From contig NC_058376.1 of assembly GCF_018350175.1 (NCBI RefSeq), forward strand, positions 1,984,001 through 2,048,000: a stretch of DNA of 64,000 nucleotides. Reading direction: 5' to 3'. The notes under the pieces were generated by a model. The model was given only the letters and a program-made list of their open reading frames with translations, had not been told where the DNA came from and did not search any database. The DNA is from Felis catus (taxonomy: Eukaryota). Positions 13,650 to 26,397 of this stretch are shown here, in pieces. The translations under genes were made by a program, and so were the position numbers. Within the stretch, counting starts at the first letter, position 1. Each line of letters begins with the position of its first letter.

Positions 13650-13738
13650 GGCGGGGGCGATGGGGCTGGAGGAGGGAGTGTGTGTGTGTGTGGAGTGTGT
13701 GTGTGTGAGTGTGTGAGGAGTTCCAGCTGTCTGTCGGC

Positions 13739-13806
13739 TTTTATACCTCCCGGCTGCGTGTTGTCCCAGCCGACGGCTCACACGCCTCCTTCCTTGCTGG
13801 TGTTTG
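13739..13806 (-). promoter_or_regulatory. KRTAP10 copy 1 core promoter (TATA box plus shared upstream motif)
   Basis: TATAAAA about 90 bp upstream of the ATG; CAAACACCAGCAAGGAAG at 13789-13806 (-), shared with copies 3-5. Confidence 0.8.
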
Positions 13807-15689
13807 CAGCCAAGGGGACTCTCATTAGTTCCAGGTTTATGTTTGGTTCTATGAGATGTTGCTTAGCTATAAAACTCCTAGGACATTTTTGAGTCTGTTG
13901 ACGCACCCTGAGCATCCAGAGCGTGCGTTGAGCTAGAAAAGGTGTGAGTGTGCAAATACCATGTTCTGTGGCTGCGTAAGAGATCCAGATATTCTAATTC
14001 CTTCTGCCCTTTTGAGGCACGTGGATGGGTTTTGCGCTCACGGGGGGGATCCGCTTGTCAGGGTGGGACAGCTTCCAGAGTGCCAGGCTAGAGGAACCAG
14101 GGTCAACGGGGGCGTGCGGCCAGAACTTTCCTGGTCATGACTCCCTGGAACTCTGTGTGGTGCCTGAGGGCACTGGTCAGGTGGCAGGCAGGGAAAGGTG
14201 GGACAGTCAGGTGTCCTTGGGTGGCGGTGCATGCCCCTGTCCTCTGCCTGAGCACTCACTGAAGCCGGAGAGGCCATCTGTCTGTGGCCTTCTGATTCCC
14301 ACTTGCATTTACCCCAAACGCTGTGAGGCGCGAGTACAAACGGACCCCCTGTTTTCTCCCTGAAGAAAGCGTCGCCTCAGCTGAGCCTCTGTGTGGAAAA
14401 CAGTGACTGCTTTTGCGCTGATCAAATCCTGTTGATTTTCTTGATTGTGAACTGAAAAATTCCTCGGGTGACTGCAGCCAGGAGCGTCGCGCAGGCCCCT
14501 TCCTTTCTTCTGCAGATGCTATCCAAGTGGCCACCACGTGCTTTGGGGGTCCTCTGCTGGAAGAGTTTCCATCCTCTCCGGTCCTGGAACCTTCCAAGCA
14601 TGAATTTATTCACTGTGGAGCCACGGCCTCCCCACTGTGTGCTGGAAATGTAGGCTAGCACCAGAATTGAACCTTCAGTGGGCCCTGCTGGCCCGGCACA
14701 GGGAGCCTTGCGGGCCAAGGAGGCAGGCTCTCGGTGCCCTGTGATACCAGAGAGAAGCCGACTCAGCAGCAGGGCAGGAGAGGCACCCCGGTGGGAGGGC
14801 CTGTGACGCCCCCGCCCCGGGAAGTCCCTGGGCTCAAATTCTCACCTTTCCCTTCCGCCCTTCTCTTTCCAGCAATGGTTCTTACCCCGGTGAGAGGGGT
14901 TCATGACAGTCCAGGAAGGGGTTGTGAGAATGCAGTTAAACTGCGGGCCGAGTCGTCTTTCTGTATGTCTCGAGCTATAAAAATAGGATAGAGTCGAGCC
15001 TGGCATCCTGTGCTCAGGCCCCTCTGGAGGTACAGGAACTGATCCATAAGCTGGATACGCATGGCCGAGCAAAGGGGTGGGGGGTGTTTGCCTTCCAATA
15101 TGCTCCTGCCGAGGACAGCATAAAATACAAAAACGTCTGCGTAAAGCCTTTGAAGGCTGCTGATGACACTCAGCATTGAGAGTCAACAGGTGGAGATGGG
15201 GTGACTTCCGAGAGGTGAGCTGGCATCTCTGAATGGCTTTTCCTGAGGTACCACTGATGAATCTTGGTGTGGGGTTCGAGGGGAAGTAACTAGCACATAG
15301 TGAGGCTGGCAGAGCTTCTAGAAACCTTGAGGGGGTGGAGAGAACTGTGGCAGCAGAGGCAGCGTGGACTCTAGGGGACAAGCCTAGATCAGTGGCGGGC
15401 ACCAGGGGGAGCCCCAAAGTTGCAGGTTAAACGTCCAGGCATTTGGCATGCTTTCATGCCATGCGGGAAAGATGCTGAGGAAGCCAGCAGAAAGCCAGGA
15501 CAGCCTGAGCAGAGCCTTTACAGCCTCAACCAAGGAGGCAACGACTCTGATGACTGGCCAAGGCGGAGTGGCTCTGGGTGGACCCCTGGACAGCTAAATC
15601 CCAGGAGCAGCCTCACGTCAGTGAGTCCCTTGCTCCCTCAAGGTGGTCTCAGGCCACCAGCCAGAGCGAGAGGTGAAACTCTTCGGAAG

Positions 15690-17100
15690 GAGACAAACTC
15701 ATCCACAGCGGCCAGAATGTTTCATAGACGATGTCAAACATTCAATCAAGAATTACAGTCACGCCAACAGAAAAAACGGATGATAGAAACAAACCTGAGA
15801 TGACAGGGGTGGAGTCCTCGGACAGAGACTTGCAAAACAATGGTGGTGAATGTGCTCAGGGAAATGGGTGTGACACCGTAAAACTGAAACACACGTGAAG
15901 AGACAAGTAGACATTCTAGACTGAAGAGAACAGGAGCGGCGTTTATCGACTCTTAGGTGGGTGTTGCGGTAGCACGGGTGGCGGAAGGGCCAGACAGCGG
16001 GAATGGAACAGTGGGGCGGCGTGTTTAAGGGCAAAGGAAAGGGCTGCGCAAGTGGAATATTGCTCCCCAAGAGCGCCACCCAGAGGTGAAGGTGCCCCAA
16101 CACATCGCCAGACCAACAGAAATGGAGCACGGGCCACACCAGAAGATCCACTTTAAAGTAACTCCCAAGGGAGGGTTTCGGGTAGGACGGCGAAGGACAG
16201 AAATGCAGGAAGGTTGAAGAGAGCCTGGAAGGGGAAACAGAAGCACAGTTGAAGTGACAAATTCACGTTTCCATTCACAACGTTACAATATGTATTATAT
16301 TTACAATTTCCCGTGGGCTCTAAACTGTAAGTGGAAATGAAACCACACATCATGAGAAGGACGAGGCCCTTAGGCTGTTGCTCTGGAAGCTGCCCAAGCG
16401 CCCAGGTCCCTCAGACTTGAATATCCCAGGAAGGTACGCTGTGGCCTCTGGGGCAGCCGCCAAGACAATCCCCAAACCGCGTACAACTAGTATTGAGTGC
16501 AAGATGGGAGATAAGTGATAAAAAATACCCAAAGCAGTCAGGAAATGAGTTTTAAATTTTTTTCCATGTGTATTTATTTTTTGAGAGAGAGAGAGAGACA
16601 GAGCATGAGTGGGGGAGGGGCAGAGAGGGAGACACGGAATCCGAAGCAGGCTCCAGGCTCTAAGCCATCAGCACAGAGCCCGACGTGGGGCTCGAACTCA
16701 CAAACCGCGAGATCATGACCTGAGCCAAAGTCGGACGCTCAACCGACTGAGCTACCCAGGCACCCCGGGAAATGATTTTTAAAAGGAACATAAAAATTTG
16801 AGAGAAATAGAAGACGTGCACTCAGATAGTAGACATAAACCCAATTATCAATAATGAAATTAAATGTAAAGTATTAAACAGTTCGATTTACAAAGAAGGA
16901 CCGTTAGTCTGCATGGAAATCACGGAAAACCTGTGTGCTGATTCCAAGAGCTAGATCCTAAATATAAGGGCACGAGAATGATGGAAGGGCAAAGATGGGA
17001 AAGAATACAAGTCAATACACAGGACAGTGTGAAGTTCTACGCAGCTGCAAACTAGAAAGAGAAATCGTTACATATTCACGGGAGCTGCACGTTGTATTAA
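15690..17100 (+). mobile_element. Degenerate L1 ORF1/ORF2-start fragments between the divergent KRTAP10 pair
   Basis: A-rich + strand with L1M-like motifs; interrupted by a SINE. Confidence 0.5.
16555..16766 (-). mobile_element. CanSINE
   Basis: Typical sequence; TSD-like GGAAATGA(G/T)TTTTA. Confidence 0.88.
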
Positions 17101-17229
17101 GTTATGAAAAAGCCAAGTGGGTAGAACACGATACAGTCTGTATTTTGAAAACATGTGCACACATATCCGTTCTATGTGTATGTACACATGTAGAGAGAGA
17201 AGAGATGTAGAGAGAGGATGGGTGGATAG

Positions 17230-17452
17230 AGTCAATCTCATTGTTCGTGGATTCTTTATTTGTGGTTCACCTACTCGCGAAAATTTTACTCGTAACCCCA
17301 AATCACTGCTTGTGACGTGTGCACGGTCACGCGAGGACATGTGCAGAAAGCCCTGACCTTGAGATGCCGCCACACACCCCCAGCTGACGTGGAACGAGGC
17401 GGCGCCTGCCTTCTGGTTTCCGCCCCCAGATGTGAGCGTGTCCTTTCCACCG
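17230..17452 (+). mobile_element. MER82-like (TcMar-Tigger) 5' fragment
   Basis: ctcattgttcgtggattc...cctactcgcgaaaatttt...taaccccaaatca...cccagctga; similar to the copy at 39570. Confidence 0.6.
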
Positions 17453-17682
17453 TGTCCTGACCTCTAGAGCCTAATCCCCAGGGGAAGAGGCGCTTGAACC
17501 ACAGAGAAACCCCCTAACGCGGTCCTCCCGCCAAGTGAGCACTGCCCTGGGGCTGCCCCGGCTGGTGCCCCCAGGACTGTCTCAACACACTTACCCGACA
17601 CCCTCCACCCCTGCTTGGAGACCCAGGGTTGGGGCCTTGTCCATCCCACTCCCCCTCCCCTGGGACACAATGGGACCCGCTC

Positions 17683-17812
17683 TGAGTCAGATGCTCTGGG
17701 AGATTTACGAGCTGCGGACAACATCCAGGCAAATAAACATCCTTAATGCAGCCTGGGAGCCGGAACTAGAGGCTTGTGGGGCCTGGGACACAAGAGCCAA
17801 GAGGGTATAAAA
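17683..17812 (+). promoter_or_regulatory. KRTAP10 copy 2 core promoter
   Basis: TATAAAA 17806-17812; AP-1 consensus TGAGTCA 17683-17689; forkhead-like AAATAAACA 17731-17739. Confidence 0.75.
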
Positions 17813-17897
17813 GTCGTCAGCCTAAAGCACCTCACACACTCTCACACACACTCACACACCCACACCCACTCCCTCCTCCAGCCCCATCGCCCTTGCC

Positions 17898-18734
17898 ATG
17901 GCCGCGTCCACCCTGTCCGTCTGCTCCAGCGACCTGAGCTATGGCAGCCGCGTCTGCCTGCCCGGGGCCTCGGACTCCTGCCCCGACTCCTCCTGGCAGG
18001 TGGACGACTGCCCAGAGAGCTGCTGCGAGCCCCCGTGCTGCGCCCCGGCCCCCTGCCTGACCCTCCTGTGCGGCCCCTCCTCCCCCTGCCAGGGAGACTG
18101 CTGCACCCCTGCATGCTGCAAGCCCGTCTGCTGCACCCCTGCGTGCTGCAAGCCCGTGTGCTGCACCCCTGTGTGCTGCAAGCCCGTGTGCTGCACCCCT
18201 GTGTGCTGCGAGGACTCCCCCTGCTCAGCCCCCTCCTGCTGCCAGCCCAGCCCCTGCTGCAGACCCTCCACCTGCGTGTCCCTGCTCTGCCGCCCCGTGT
18301 GCAGGCCCGCCTGCTGCACCCCTGTCTGCTGCAAGCCCGTGTGCTGCACCCCTGTCTGCTGCGAGGACTCCCCCTGCTCAGGCCCCTCCTGCTGCCAGCC
18401 CAGCCCCTGCTGCAGACCCTCCTCCAGTGTATCCCTGCTCTGCCGCCCCGTGTGCAGGCCTGCCTGCTGCACCCCTATCTGCTGCAAGCCCGTCTGCTGC
18501 ACCCCTGTCTGCTGCGAGGACTCCCCCTGCTCACCCCCCTCCTGCTGCCAGCCCAGCCCCTGCTGCAGGCCCTCCTCCTGCGTGTCCCTGCTCTGCCGCC
18601 CCGTGTGCAGGCCCACCTGCTGTGCCCCTGCCTCCTCCTGCTGCCGCCCGGCCTCCTGCGTGTCCCTGCTCTGCCGCCCCGCGTGCCCCCGCCCTGCCTG
18701 CTGCGGCCCCGCCTCAGGCCAGTCCTGCTGCTGA
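17898..18734 (+). CDS. KRTAP10: Keratin-associated protein 10 family member, copy 2, 278 aa, TSPEAR intron 1
   Basis: Intact [26 protein letters not shown]...GPASGQSCC; TATAAAA 17806-17812; AATAAA 19048-19053. Confidence 0.95.
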   Translation: MAASTLSVCSSDLSYGSRVCLPGASDSCPDSSWQVDDCPESCCEPPCCAPAPCLTLLCGPSSPCQGDCCTPACCKPVCCTPACCKPVCCTPVCCKPVCCTPVCCEDSPCSAPSCCQPSPCCRPSTCVSLLCRPVCRPACCTPVCCKPVCCTPVCCEDSPCSGPSCCQPSPCCRPSSSVSLLCRPVCRPACCTPICCKPVCCTPVCCEDSPCSPPSCCQPSPCCRPSSCVSLLCRPVCRPTCCAPASSCCRPASCVSLLCRPACPRPACCGPASGQSCC

Positions 18735-19047
18735 TGGGCACGTCCCCCCAGGGCCAGCTGGGCTCAGGTCCCACCTGGTGACTGTGGTCCTCCTGGCCAC
18801 CCCTCAGTCAGTCCTGACCTGTGTTAGGTGGCTGCCCCCACCCAGGACGGGGTCCCCCATGTGTCCACTCTCCTGACCTGACCTTGACCTCCTGCCTCCC
18901 AGGAACGCTGACCCCGCGGCTTCCCGGGACTTCTGCTCCCAGGAGGCACCTGCACCTGTTCTGGGTCACCTGTCCTTCCCTCCTCCTTTCTCTGCTTAGG
19001 TCACTTGACCTCGACTCCTAACCTGTCAGTACCTCCTTGGGTACCCC

Positions 19048-19053
19048 AATAAA
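19048..19053 (+). terminator. Polyadenylation signal of KRTAP10 copy 2
   Basis: AATAAA 314 bp after the stop; homologous position in copies 4 and 5. Confidence 0.8.
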
Positions 19054-20711
19054 CTCACTTCACCAGCTGATCTGCTTCCTTCCATCTGACCCTCATGGGG
19101 GTGTGGGGACCCCAGGGTTTTGCCCAGACACGGTCTCCTCTAGCCACAAACATTTCTAGGAACGAGGGACTGAGCAGTTCCAGAGGCAGGGCCTACCTCG
19201 TGTGGGCAGGGCCATGGGTGGGACTCACGCCCTGGCCCAGGAAGCTCCGTGCCGGTGGGCCCAGTGCCCAGGGCTTCCCAGGCTGGTCACCTGCACACAG
19301 GTCGTGGCCTGGCCCGTTTCCGCCCACTGCCCCATCCGGGCAAACCGGGCCCAGACAACCAGGCCTGGGGGCTCCAGGCTCACAGCCTCTATGGGCCTGG
19401 GGTCGCCCTGTGGTCCTCCCGCGGGCTCTACCCATTTAGCAGAAAGGTGATGGAGCGGGGCAGACGGTGCTCCAACCTCTCAAAGAAATCGACTAGGTTT
19501 GAAACAAAGTATGAGGGTGGGTGGCAGGGCCCCCAGGTGGTCCCGGGCCAGACTCTGGGGGCCACCATCTGGTAGGTCTAGTCTCCGCCCGGGGGGCTAT
19601 GAGGGACACGGAGTCATGGTGCAGGGCCCTCCCTGTGAACTGAGGACCCCGTCAGGCCACGATGTACCAAGTGCTGTAGGTGACAGTCCGCTCTGATGTC
19701 AGGGTGACATTGGCCGCACGTGAGGGCACCTGCTGACAAGGGCGGAGATATGCAGGAAGTCACCCACCAGGGTTCCAGAGCTGTTGCAAACCCGGGACCA
19801 GCGTCCCCTACCGGTGAAGGATCAGACAGACTTCCACCCTTCCTGAACCCCCCATGGGGACTGGGTGTCGGCCCCCTGCCCCCGCGCTGCTTCCTCTCCC
19901 CTTGGCTGTGGCCATGGCCAGAAGCCACGAAAGGAGCCGCTGCTGTCCCCAGGACCTCAATCTCCTTCCCTGAAACCCTGCCACCTTCCACCCCATGCCT
20001 CATGCCCCGCCTGCTGCATTTTCCTTGCCCAAACCCTTCTCCCCACTTACCAGTGTTTTGCTAATACTTCCATTAAAATTGCCTTTTTGAGGTGCAATTT
20101 ACATGTAATCAGATGCACCCTATTTCATTGTTCAGTTTGACGAGTTTTGAGAAAGGTCTTCATGTTGCAGCCTCCACTTGTGTCAAGATTTCCCTCCAAA
20201 GGTTTCTTTGTGGCCCTTCCCAGCCACCACCGCTGGCCACAGCCGGGCACCACTGCTCTGCTGTGTTACTAAAGGAGTGCCTTGAGAAGAGGCAACACTA
20301 TGCGTGCCCGGGGTCTGGCTTCCTTTACTTGTCCCTTTGTTGTGGATACTCGCCGCGAATTCCTTTTTAATTGCAGGGTCACGTTTTATTGAATGGATGT
20401 GTCACAGTTGTTTGTTTACCCATCGAAGTACATGCGGGGTGTCTCCAGGTGTTTATGATTATGGATGATCCCACTGTAAACACCTGGACTCTGTGTGCTC
20501 TCACCTCTCTTGGGTCAATACCTAGGGGTAGGCTTACTGGGTCCGTGGCAAGGGCAGTGGGCACAGTGATATTTGCATCTCCTGCTGACGGATCTGTGGG
20601 GGTAGGTCAGTGGCTCACCTGCCTCTTTCCCATTCGGCGAAGCATCTGTTCAAATCTTCTGCCCATTTTCCATAATTGGATTGTTCGAGTTCTTATTCAC
20701 TGTTCAACTTA

Positions 20712-20910
20712 AAAATTTTTTTAAATGTTTATTTATTCTTTTTTGAGAGAGAGAGACAGAGGTGCGAGTGGGGGAGGAGAGAGAGGGAAGGAGAGACAGT
20801 CTGAAGCAAGCTCGTGCACTGTCAGCAGAAAGCCCAACGCGGGTCTGGAACTCACGAACTGAGAGATCGTGGCCTGAGCTGAAGTCAGACGCTTGTCGCC
20901 CAGGCGACCC
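20712..20910 (-). mobile_element. CanSINE
   Basis: Typical body with a shortened head. Confidence 0.8.
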
Positions 20911-22069
20911 TTATTAATTGTTAAGTGTTCTTTATGTATACCAGGTACCATGCATTTGTCATATATGTATATTGCAAATTCCTCCACCTGTGGCTAGACT
21001 TTGCATGTTCTTGACCGTGCTTTTGGAGAGGCTGGCATCTTTAATTTTGATGAAATTCAATGAATTCCCTTTCTTCGGTGGTGCTGAGAAATCTTTGTCT
21101 ACACGCAGGGTCACGCCGGTTTTGTCCTGTGCGTACTTCTAGAAACTCCATGGCTTTAACTTTTATGTCAAGGTCTATAATCCCTTTCTAGTTAATTTTT
21201 GAATGTGCTGTTGGTTGGTGAGCATCATTTGTCGAGAGGACTATCCTTTCGCCATTGAAGTATCCTTGCCAAAAAATCCATTGGCCGTGTGTATGTGTGC
21301 GCGTATTTCTGGACGCTGTTCTCTCATCTTCTTCTGCATTTGTCCTTGCACCAACAACACGCTGTCTCCATCAATGGAGCTTCAAATTAAGTCTTGAATT
21401 CCAGCACTTAGTCGACCAATTCCTCTTTCCTTTTTCAAAATTGGTTGGCTATCCTAGGTCCGTTACATTTCTGTATTGATTTTAGAATATATTTTAGAAT
21501 CAGCTCATTGCTTTCTAAGGAAGAACTTGCTGGGATTTTTATTGGAATCGCATTAAACTTGTAGGTGAATTTGGAAGGAAGTGATATTTTAACAAAACCA
21601 AGTCTTTCAGTTTATAAACATAGTATATATTTCCAGTCACTTAGGATGACTTTTTTCCACAATATTTTGTCATTTTTTAGTAGATAGATGTTGTACATAT
21701 GTTAAGTTTCTCTATCACTTCACTTTGCAATGTTTTAGATAATGGTTTATTTATTACATTTCCAAGTATTCATTGCTAACATGTAGAAATTTAATTAATT
21801 TGTGTGTATTTACCTTGTATCCTGTAACCTTTGTAACTACACTTATGAATTCTAATAGCTTTTTTGTATATTCCTTAGGACTGGGCTTGGTATTTTCTTG
21901 GTGGGAAGGATCTTAACTATAATTCAGTTACTTCAACTGATAGAGGGCTATTTCGTTTTTCTGTATCTTCTTGTATTCATATTTATAATTTATATCTCTC
22001 CAGCTATTTGTCCATTTCACCTCAGTTGTTGAATGTATCAGCATAAAATTGCCTTCTTCTTTTATTGTT

Positions 22070-22293
22070 CTTTTTAAAAATTCTAATGTTTATTTATTTT
22101 TGAGAGAGAGAGAGATACACACAGAGCATGAGCAGGGGAAGGACAGAGAGAGAGGGAGACACAGAATCCGAAGCAGGCTCCAGGCTCTGAGCTGTCAGCA
22201 CAGAGTCTGACGTGGGGCTCGAACTCATGAACCGCAAGATCATGACCTGAGCTGAAGTTGGACGCTCAACTGACTGGGCCACCCAGGCACCCC
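22070..22293 (-). mobile_element. CanSINE
   Basis: Typical sequence. Confidence 0.88.
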
Positions 22294-24299
22294 TTTTATC
22301 ATTCTTTTAGTGGCTATAGAATCTCTAGTGATAACCCTTTCTTTATTCCTGATATTGTTAATTTATTTCATTTTCTTTCTTTCTTTTCTTTTTCTTGACT
22401 GGTCAAGGTAGAAATTTATCAATTTTGGTGATCTTTCAAAAAATTAGACTTAGGTTTATTGTCTCTTGTTTGTCCATTTTCTACTTGGTAGATTTCTACA
22501 CTTCTCAATTATTTCCTTCCCTCTACTTATTTTGGGTTCAAATTGTGCTTCTTTTGTAGCTTCTTAAGGTAGAAGCTTAGATAATTATAGACCTTCCTTA
22601 TTTTCTAATATAAATAAAGCCTACACATTTCCTTCTATATATTGTGTGAGTTGCATTCCATAAAGCTTATTTTTATTTTATTTAAAATATTTCCAATTTT
22701 CCATTGTGATTTCTTCTTTGACTCATGGGCTATTTTGAAGTTTGTTATTTAATATCCAAATATTTTTCAGTTTTCCAGGTATCTTTCTGTTCATTATTTC
22801 TGATTTTGTTGTGGTCAAACAGCATTCTCGGTATGATTTCAATCCTATTAAATATACTAAGACTTGTTTTATGGCCCAGCATACGATTTATTTTGGTGAA
22901 TGTTCTATATACACTTGAAAAAATGTGAACTCTACTGTTGTTGGATGGAATAAATGTCAACAAGGTCATGTTAGTATATATTGTTTCTCAAGTTTTCCAT
23001 ATATTTCTCAATTTCATCAAATTTGGAAGAGTTATTTGGCCATTATCTCTTTAAATATTTTTTGTCTCCCCCCACCTGAACTTTTTCTCAGGTACTCCAA
23101 TTATATGTATGTTAGACCACTTAATATTGTTCCTCAGATCACTGAGGCTCTGTTAATTTAATTTTTTTTCTTACTGTCTTTTGTTTTGAGTAATTTCTCT
23201 GATTATGTCTTCTAGGTCAGTAATCTTTACACTGAGTGTAAACTCATCCTTTAAATTTTTTACTGTTAATATTATGTTTTCCAGCTCTTGGAGCTCCATT
23301 CAGTTCTCTTTTGTACCTTACATTTCTCTCCTCATTGTGTTCATTTTTCCCTTGAAATCCTCGAACATATTTATCGTAGTTGTTTTTACTACCTTGTCTG
23401 CTAATTCCATCAACTGTTATTTCTGGGTTTATTTCTATAAACTGTTTTGTCTCTTTATTATGAGTTAGATTTTCCTCTTCTTAATGTTTCTAGCAATTTT
23501 TATTGGTTTCTGGATTTCAATTAAATAATGTTGTCATACTGTTGACTGTCGTACTTTGTTTCCTTCTTTTAAGGAGTGCTGGGCTTTGTTCTGTCTGGCA
23601 GTTACCACCTGTGGGACGGCTTGATAATTGTGATGCTTCTATGCTTGTTTCTACATTTTGTTACGGCAGATCTAGAGAGGCCTTTATTCTCAGGCAGGTT
23701 TAGCACAACTATTATGTGATTTCTGGGATCTGTACTGAATGTCTCTGGTACTCAATGAGGTCTCTCCACTCTGGTTTTTTGGAACTCCAGTGTCTCTCAG
23801 CCTTGCATAAGCTCTAGGAATTGTTCACCTTCGAGCTCCATCATTATTACTGTCCAGCCTCATGGGGTTCTGAGCTCTGAATGAATGGCTTGGTATCAAC
23901 AGTGGTCTCAGGGGGTTCCCATGGAGCCTTTTGCTGTATATTTGCCTCTTCTCCTGTGTCTGCCCTCATAAATTCCCAGTGCCTCAGCCTCCTTGACCCT
24001 GATTTCCCCCTCTTCAGCTCGACAAAACACAATGCTGATAGCATTCCCCTCCATGTACTGTGGCCTAGAGACTCTCTTGGCCCTTGAGCCTGGGCAATCG
24101 TAGGGTTCACCCCCTCTGCTTTTCTTCTCCCAGGGATCCAAGTTCTGCACTGTCAGTTGTCCAATGTCTGAAAATGGGTTTCTTGTATCCTTTGTCCCAT
24201 CTTCTACTTATTTAAGGTGGGAGGACAAGTCAGGTCCATCGTGACCCAAAGCAAAGCCCCACTCCTTGTTTTTGAGACTGCTGTTTCTTTTCTAGTCAA

Positions 24300-26330
24300 T
24301 CCCTTGCTTCCCTCTTTGACTATTCAAGATCTTTCCTGACTCTGAAACTGAGTCTGCCTTTTTCACTCTGGGAAATGCTCCAGCTAGATTCAATTCCAAA
24401 CTGACACATACCTGCTGCCCAGAACTGGAGCATGCAACCAACAGTCTCCCTGTAGAACTCTCATAATGGGTGCCGGAGCCTCAGCCTAACTTTTCTGGGG
24501 TTCCAAGCTCCATGAGAAACATCACCAACCCCACATCCCAACCAAGGTTCAGTGGAGTCCTGTTTGCACATACCCCATGGTAAGTATATCAAGCCCCAAC
24601 TGAGGGCCCCATATGTGGAGGCAAAATCCAGATTCACAGCTAAGAATCTTGTGGGTAAGAGTGGTCAAGGGAGGTGCTTGGACTTTCGTCCTGGCATTGC
24701 TGATGGTTTCTAGTGAGTAAATGAACAGAGGGCATTTCTAGAAAGAAATGGGACATGTGTAAAGAGTCTGAAGCCAGTCTGAGAGGCAGAAGCATGTGCT
24801 TAGTTATGGGCCTTACAAATTCTCCAGGTTAAATATATTCAATCAGACTGGTCTGTAAGGGTCCAAAACAAGCTAAGGAAGTGCTTCACCTGGTGATAAT
24901 GAATTTCACAGATCAGGGTCCATTCAAGGGCGTGGGAATGCTAGGTCTTTGTTACAGGCTCTGAGGACACAGACAGGGGGCATCCCAAAGGTGCTGGTCT
25001 CTGTGCCTAGTGAGAAGCACCAGTTATTCAACGGGGTAGATATGACCTCTAGTCACCGTCTTTGTCTCTCGAGTCACCAACATTTGTATTTTCGCTAAGT
25101 TAGAAATTGAAATAATATCTCTTAGTGAATGAAAGACCAATGAAGAGAGTTTTGTTTTTTGTAAACTAATTCTTCATGAGATGAGGCCCCACCCAAATGG
25201 CCAATGGAAATGGGTAACAGCGTTGGATATCTTGGTGAGGTTTGCTCCCTGCCTAGCAAATTACTTTCTGCACTCAGAGTTGACTTTGGTAAGCACACTG
25301 ATGGCCTTGATCACGAATGGCCATCTCTGCTGGGCCACAGTAGGGGAGCAGCACTTTATTTTAAAGAAGACTCTCCCCCAGAATTCTCAATCTTTGGATG
25401 ATCTTTACCCTCTTGTCCCATGTATTACAGTTGGCACACTGAGCTGGTGGCTGAAAACCTGTGTGATGAACATTCTCATCCATCCTGGAACCAGGCTTTC
25501 GACATGGCGGGTACTCTGGCATACCGGACAATCTCTGCCTCTTCTGCGGTCAAGTTGTAGGCAACTCTCAGACACTTTCACTTAAAATCCTTTTTGATTT
25601 TATAATCCTTGGAAGAGAATCAGTACTGCCTGCAAGGACTCCAACACATCAGTATTCCAAACATAATTTTTAAAACACTGCTAAAATACCCAGAAATCAT
25701 GACAGTGTCTCTACGTTCTGACCAATCCACCTGTGCCCCACACATTCAGTGATCAGAATGTGCTTGCCCTTTGCCATTCTTACCAGTCCTTGTAAATATC
25801 GTAGGCATGAGTCCTATTAATCTGACCATGGGGAGGACGCAAAAGCCCAGAGAGGGTGAGGAAAATATCTCTGCTCACACAGGATGTAAGCAACAGATTA
25901 TACCCCTGGGCGGCGATATCAGTGGGGCACGTGAGAGGATTTCAGGCAATACAGAGATGAAAACCCCTAATGCGAGTGTGTGCCAGGTTCTCTGGTTTTC
26001 TCTTCACACCCTCCTGGCTTGTGCTGTCCTAGCAGCAGGCTCCCCACACCCTCCCACCCTGGGTGCCAAGATTTTTGAATGTTGGTTCCTTGCAGAACCA
26101 GCCACCGCTGTTTTCCTTCCAGAGGTCCTTGCTCCGTTCACAGAACTCAGGAAATTGGCTTGGGAGTCTTTCCCTGTGTTTAGTTGGAGAAAGAAAACTT
26201 GGGGGCGGAGTGTGGTTTCTTGTTGTTTTAGCAGGGGTCACCGGGGGCCAAGGTAGAATCCCTGTGTGTTGGGTGCTGGGTCCTAGGTCCTGGTCTGGGG
26301 CGAGTGCTTCCGCGGAGTGCCCTGCTGGCT
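24300..26330 (-). mobile_element. Highly degenerate ERVL-like provirus relic (gag-pol remnants plus probable 5' LTR)
   Basis: Minus strand has ATCTTGGCACCCAGGGTGG near 26070, resembling an ERVL internal start/PBS. Peptide remnants KIIQRLRILG (gag-like), DVGLVM and LNLAGAF (RT IDLANAF-like) occur in the expected order. Confidence 0.45.
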
Positions 26331-26397
26331 GAGCACAGTCATGTGCCTCTGTGCTTGGCAGGTTATTTGGTTTCTAACTAGCGATGAGTCATGGTTT

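Larger units (their letters stand above)
20060..24230 (-). mobile_element. Old L1 fragments (3' UTR, ORF2, ORF1), interrupted by SINEs
   Basis: T-rich + strand; ORF2 endonuclease-like peptide HIFSSVYRTFTKINRMLGHKTSL at 22745-22969. Confidence 0.7.

Noticed and set aside
12400-13708. Long Gln/Gly-rich, Arg/Gly-rich and Leu/Pro-rich ORFs overlapping every KRTAP10 copy on both strands
   Set aside because: Shadow frames: TGC/CCC-rich repeats rarely create stop codons, and these ORFs have no promoter or credible start of their own.
17230-17452. MER82-like fragments upstream of both copy 2 and copy 3 as evidence of a segmental duplication
   Set aside because: Flanks, extent and distance to the gene differ, so independent insertions are sufficient.
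17898-18734. Regular 15/30-bp repeats resembling a CRISPR-like or engineered array
   Set aside because: They are the coding CCxPx repeats of KRTAP10 in mammalian DNA, with no spacers or cas genes.
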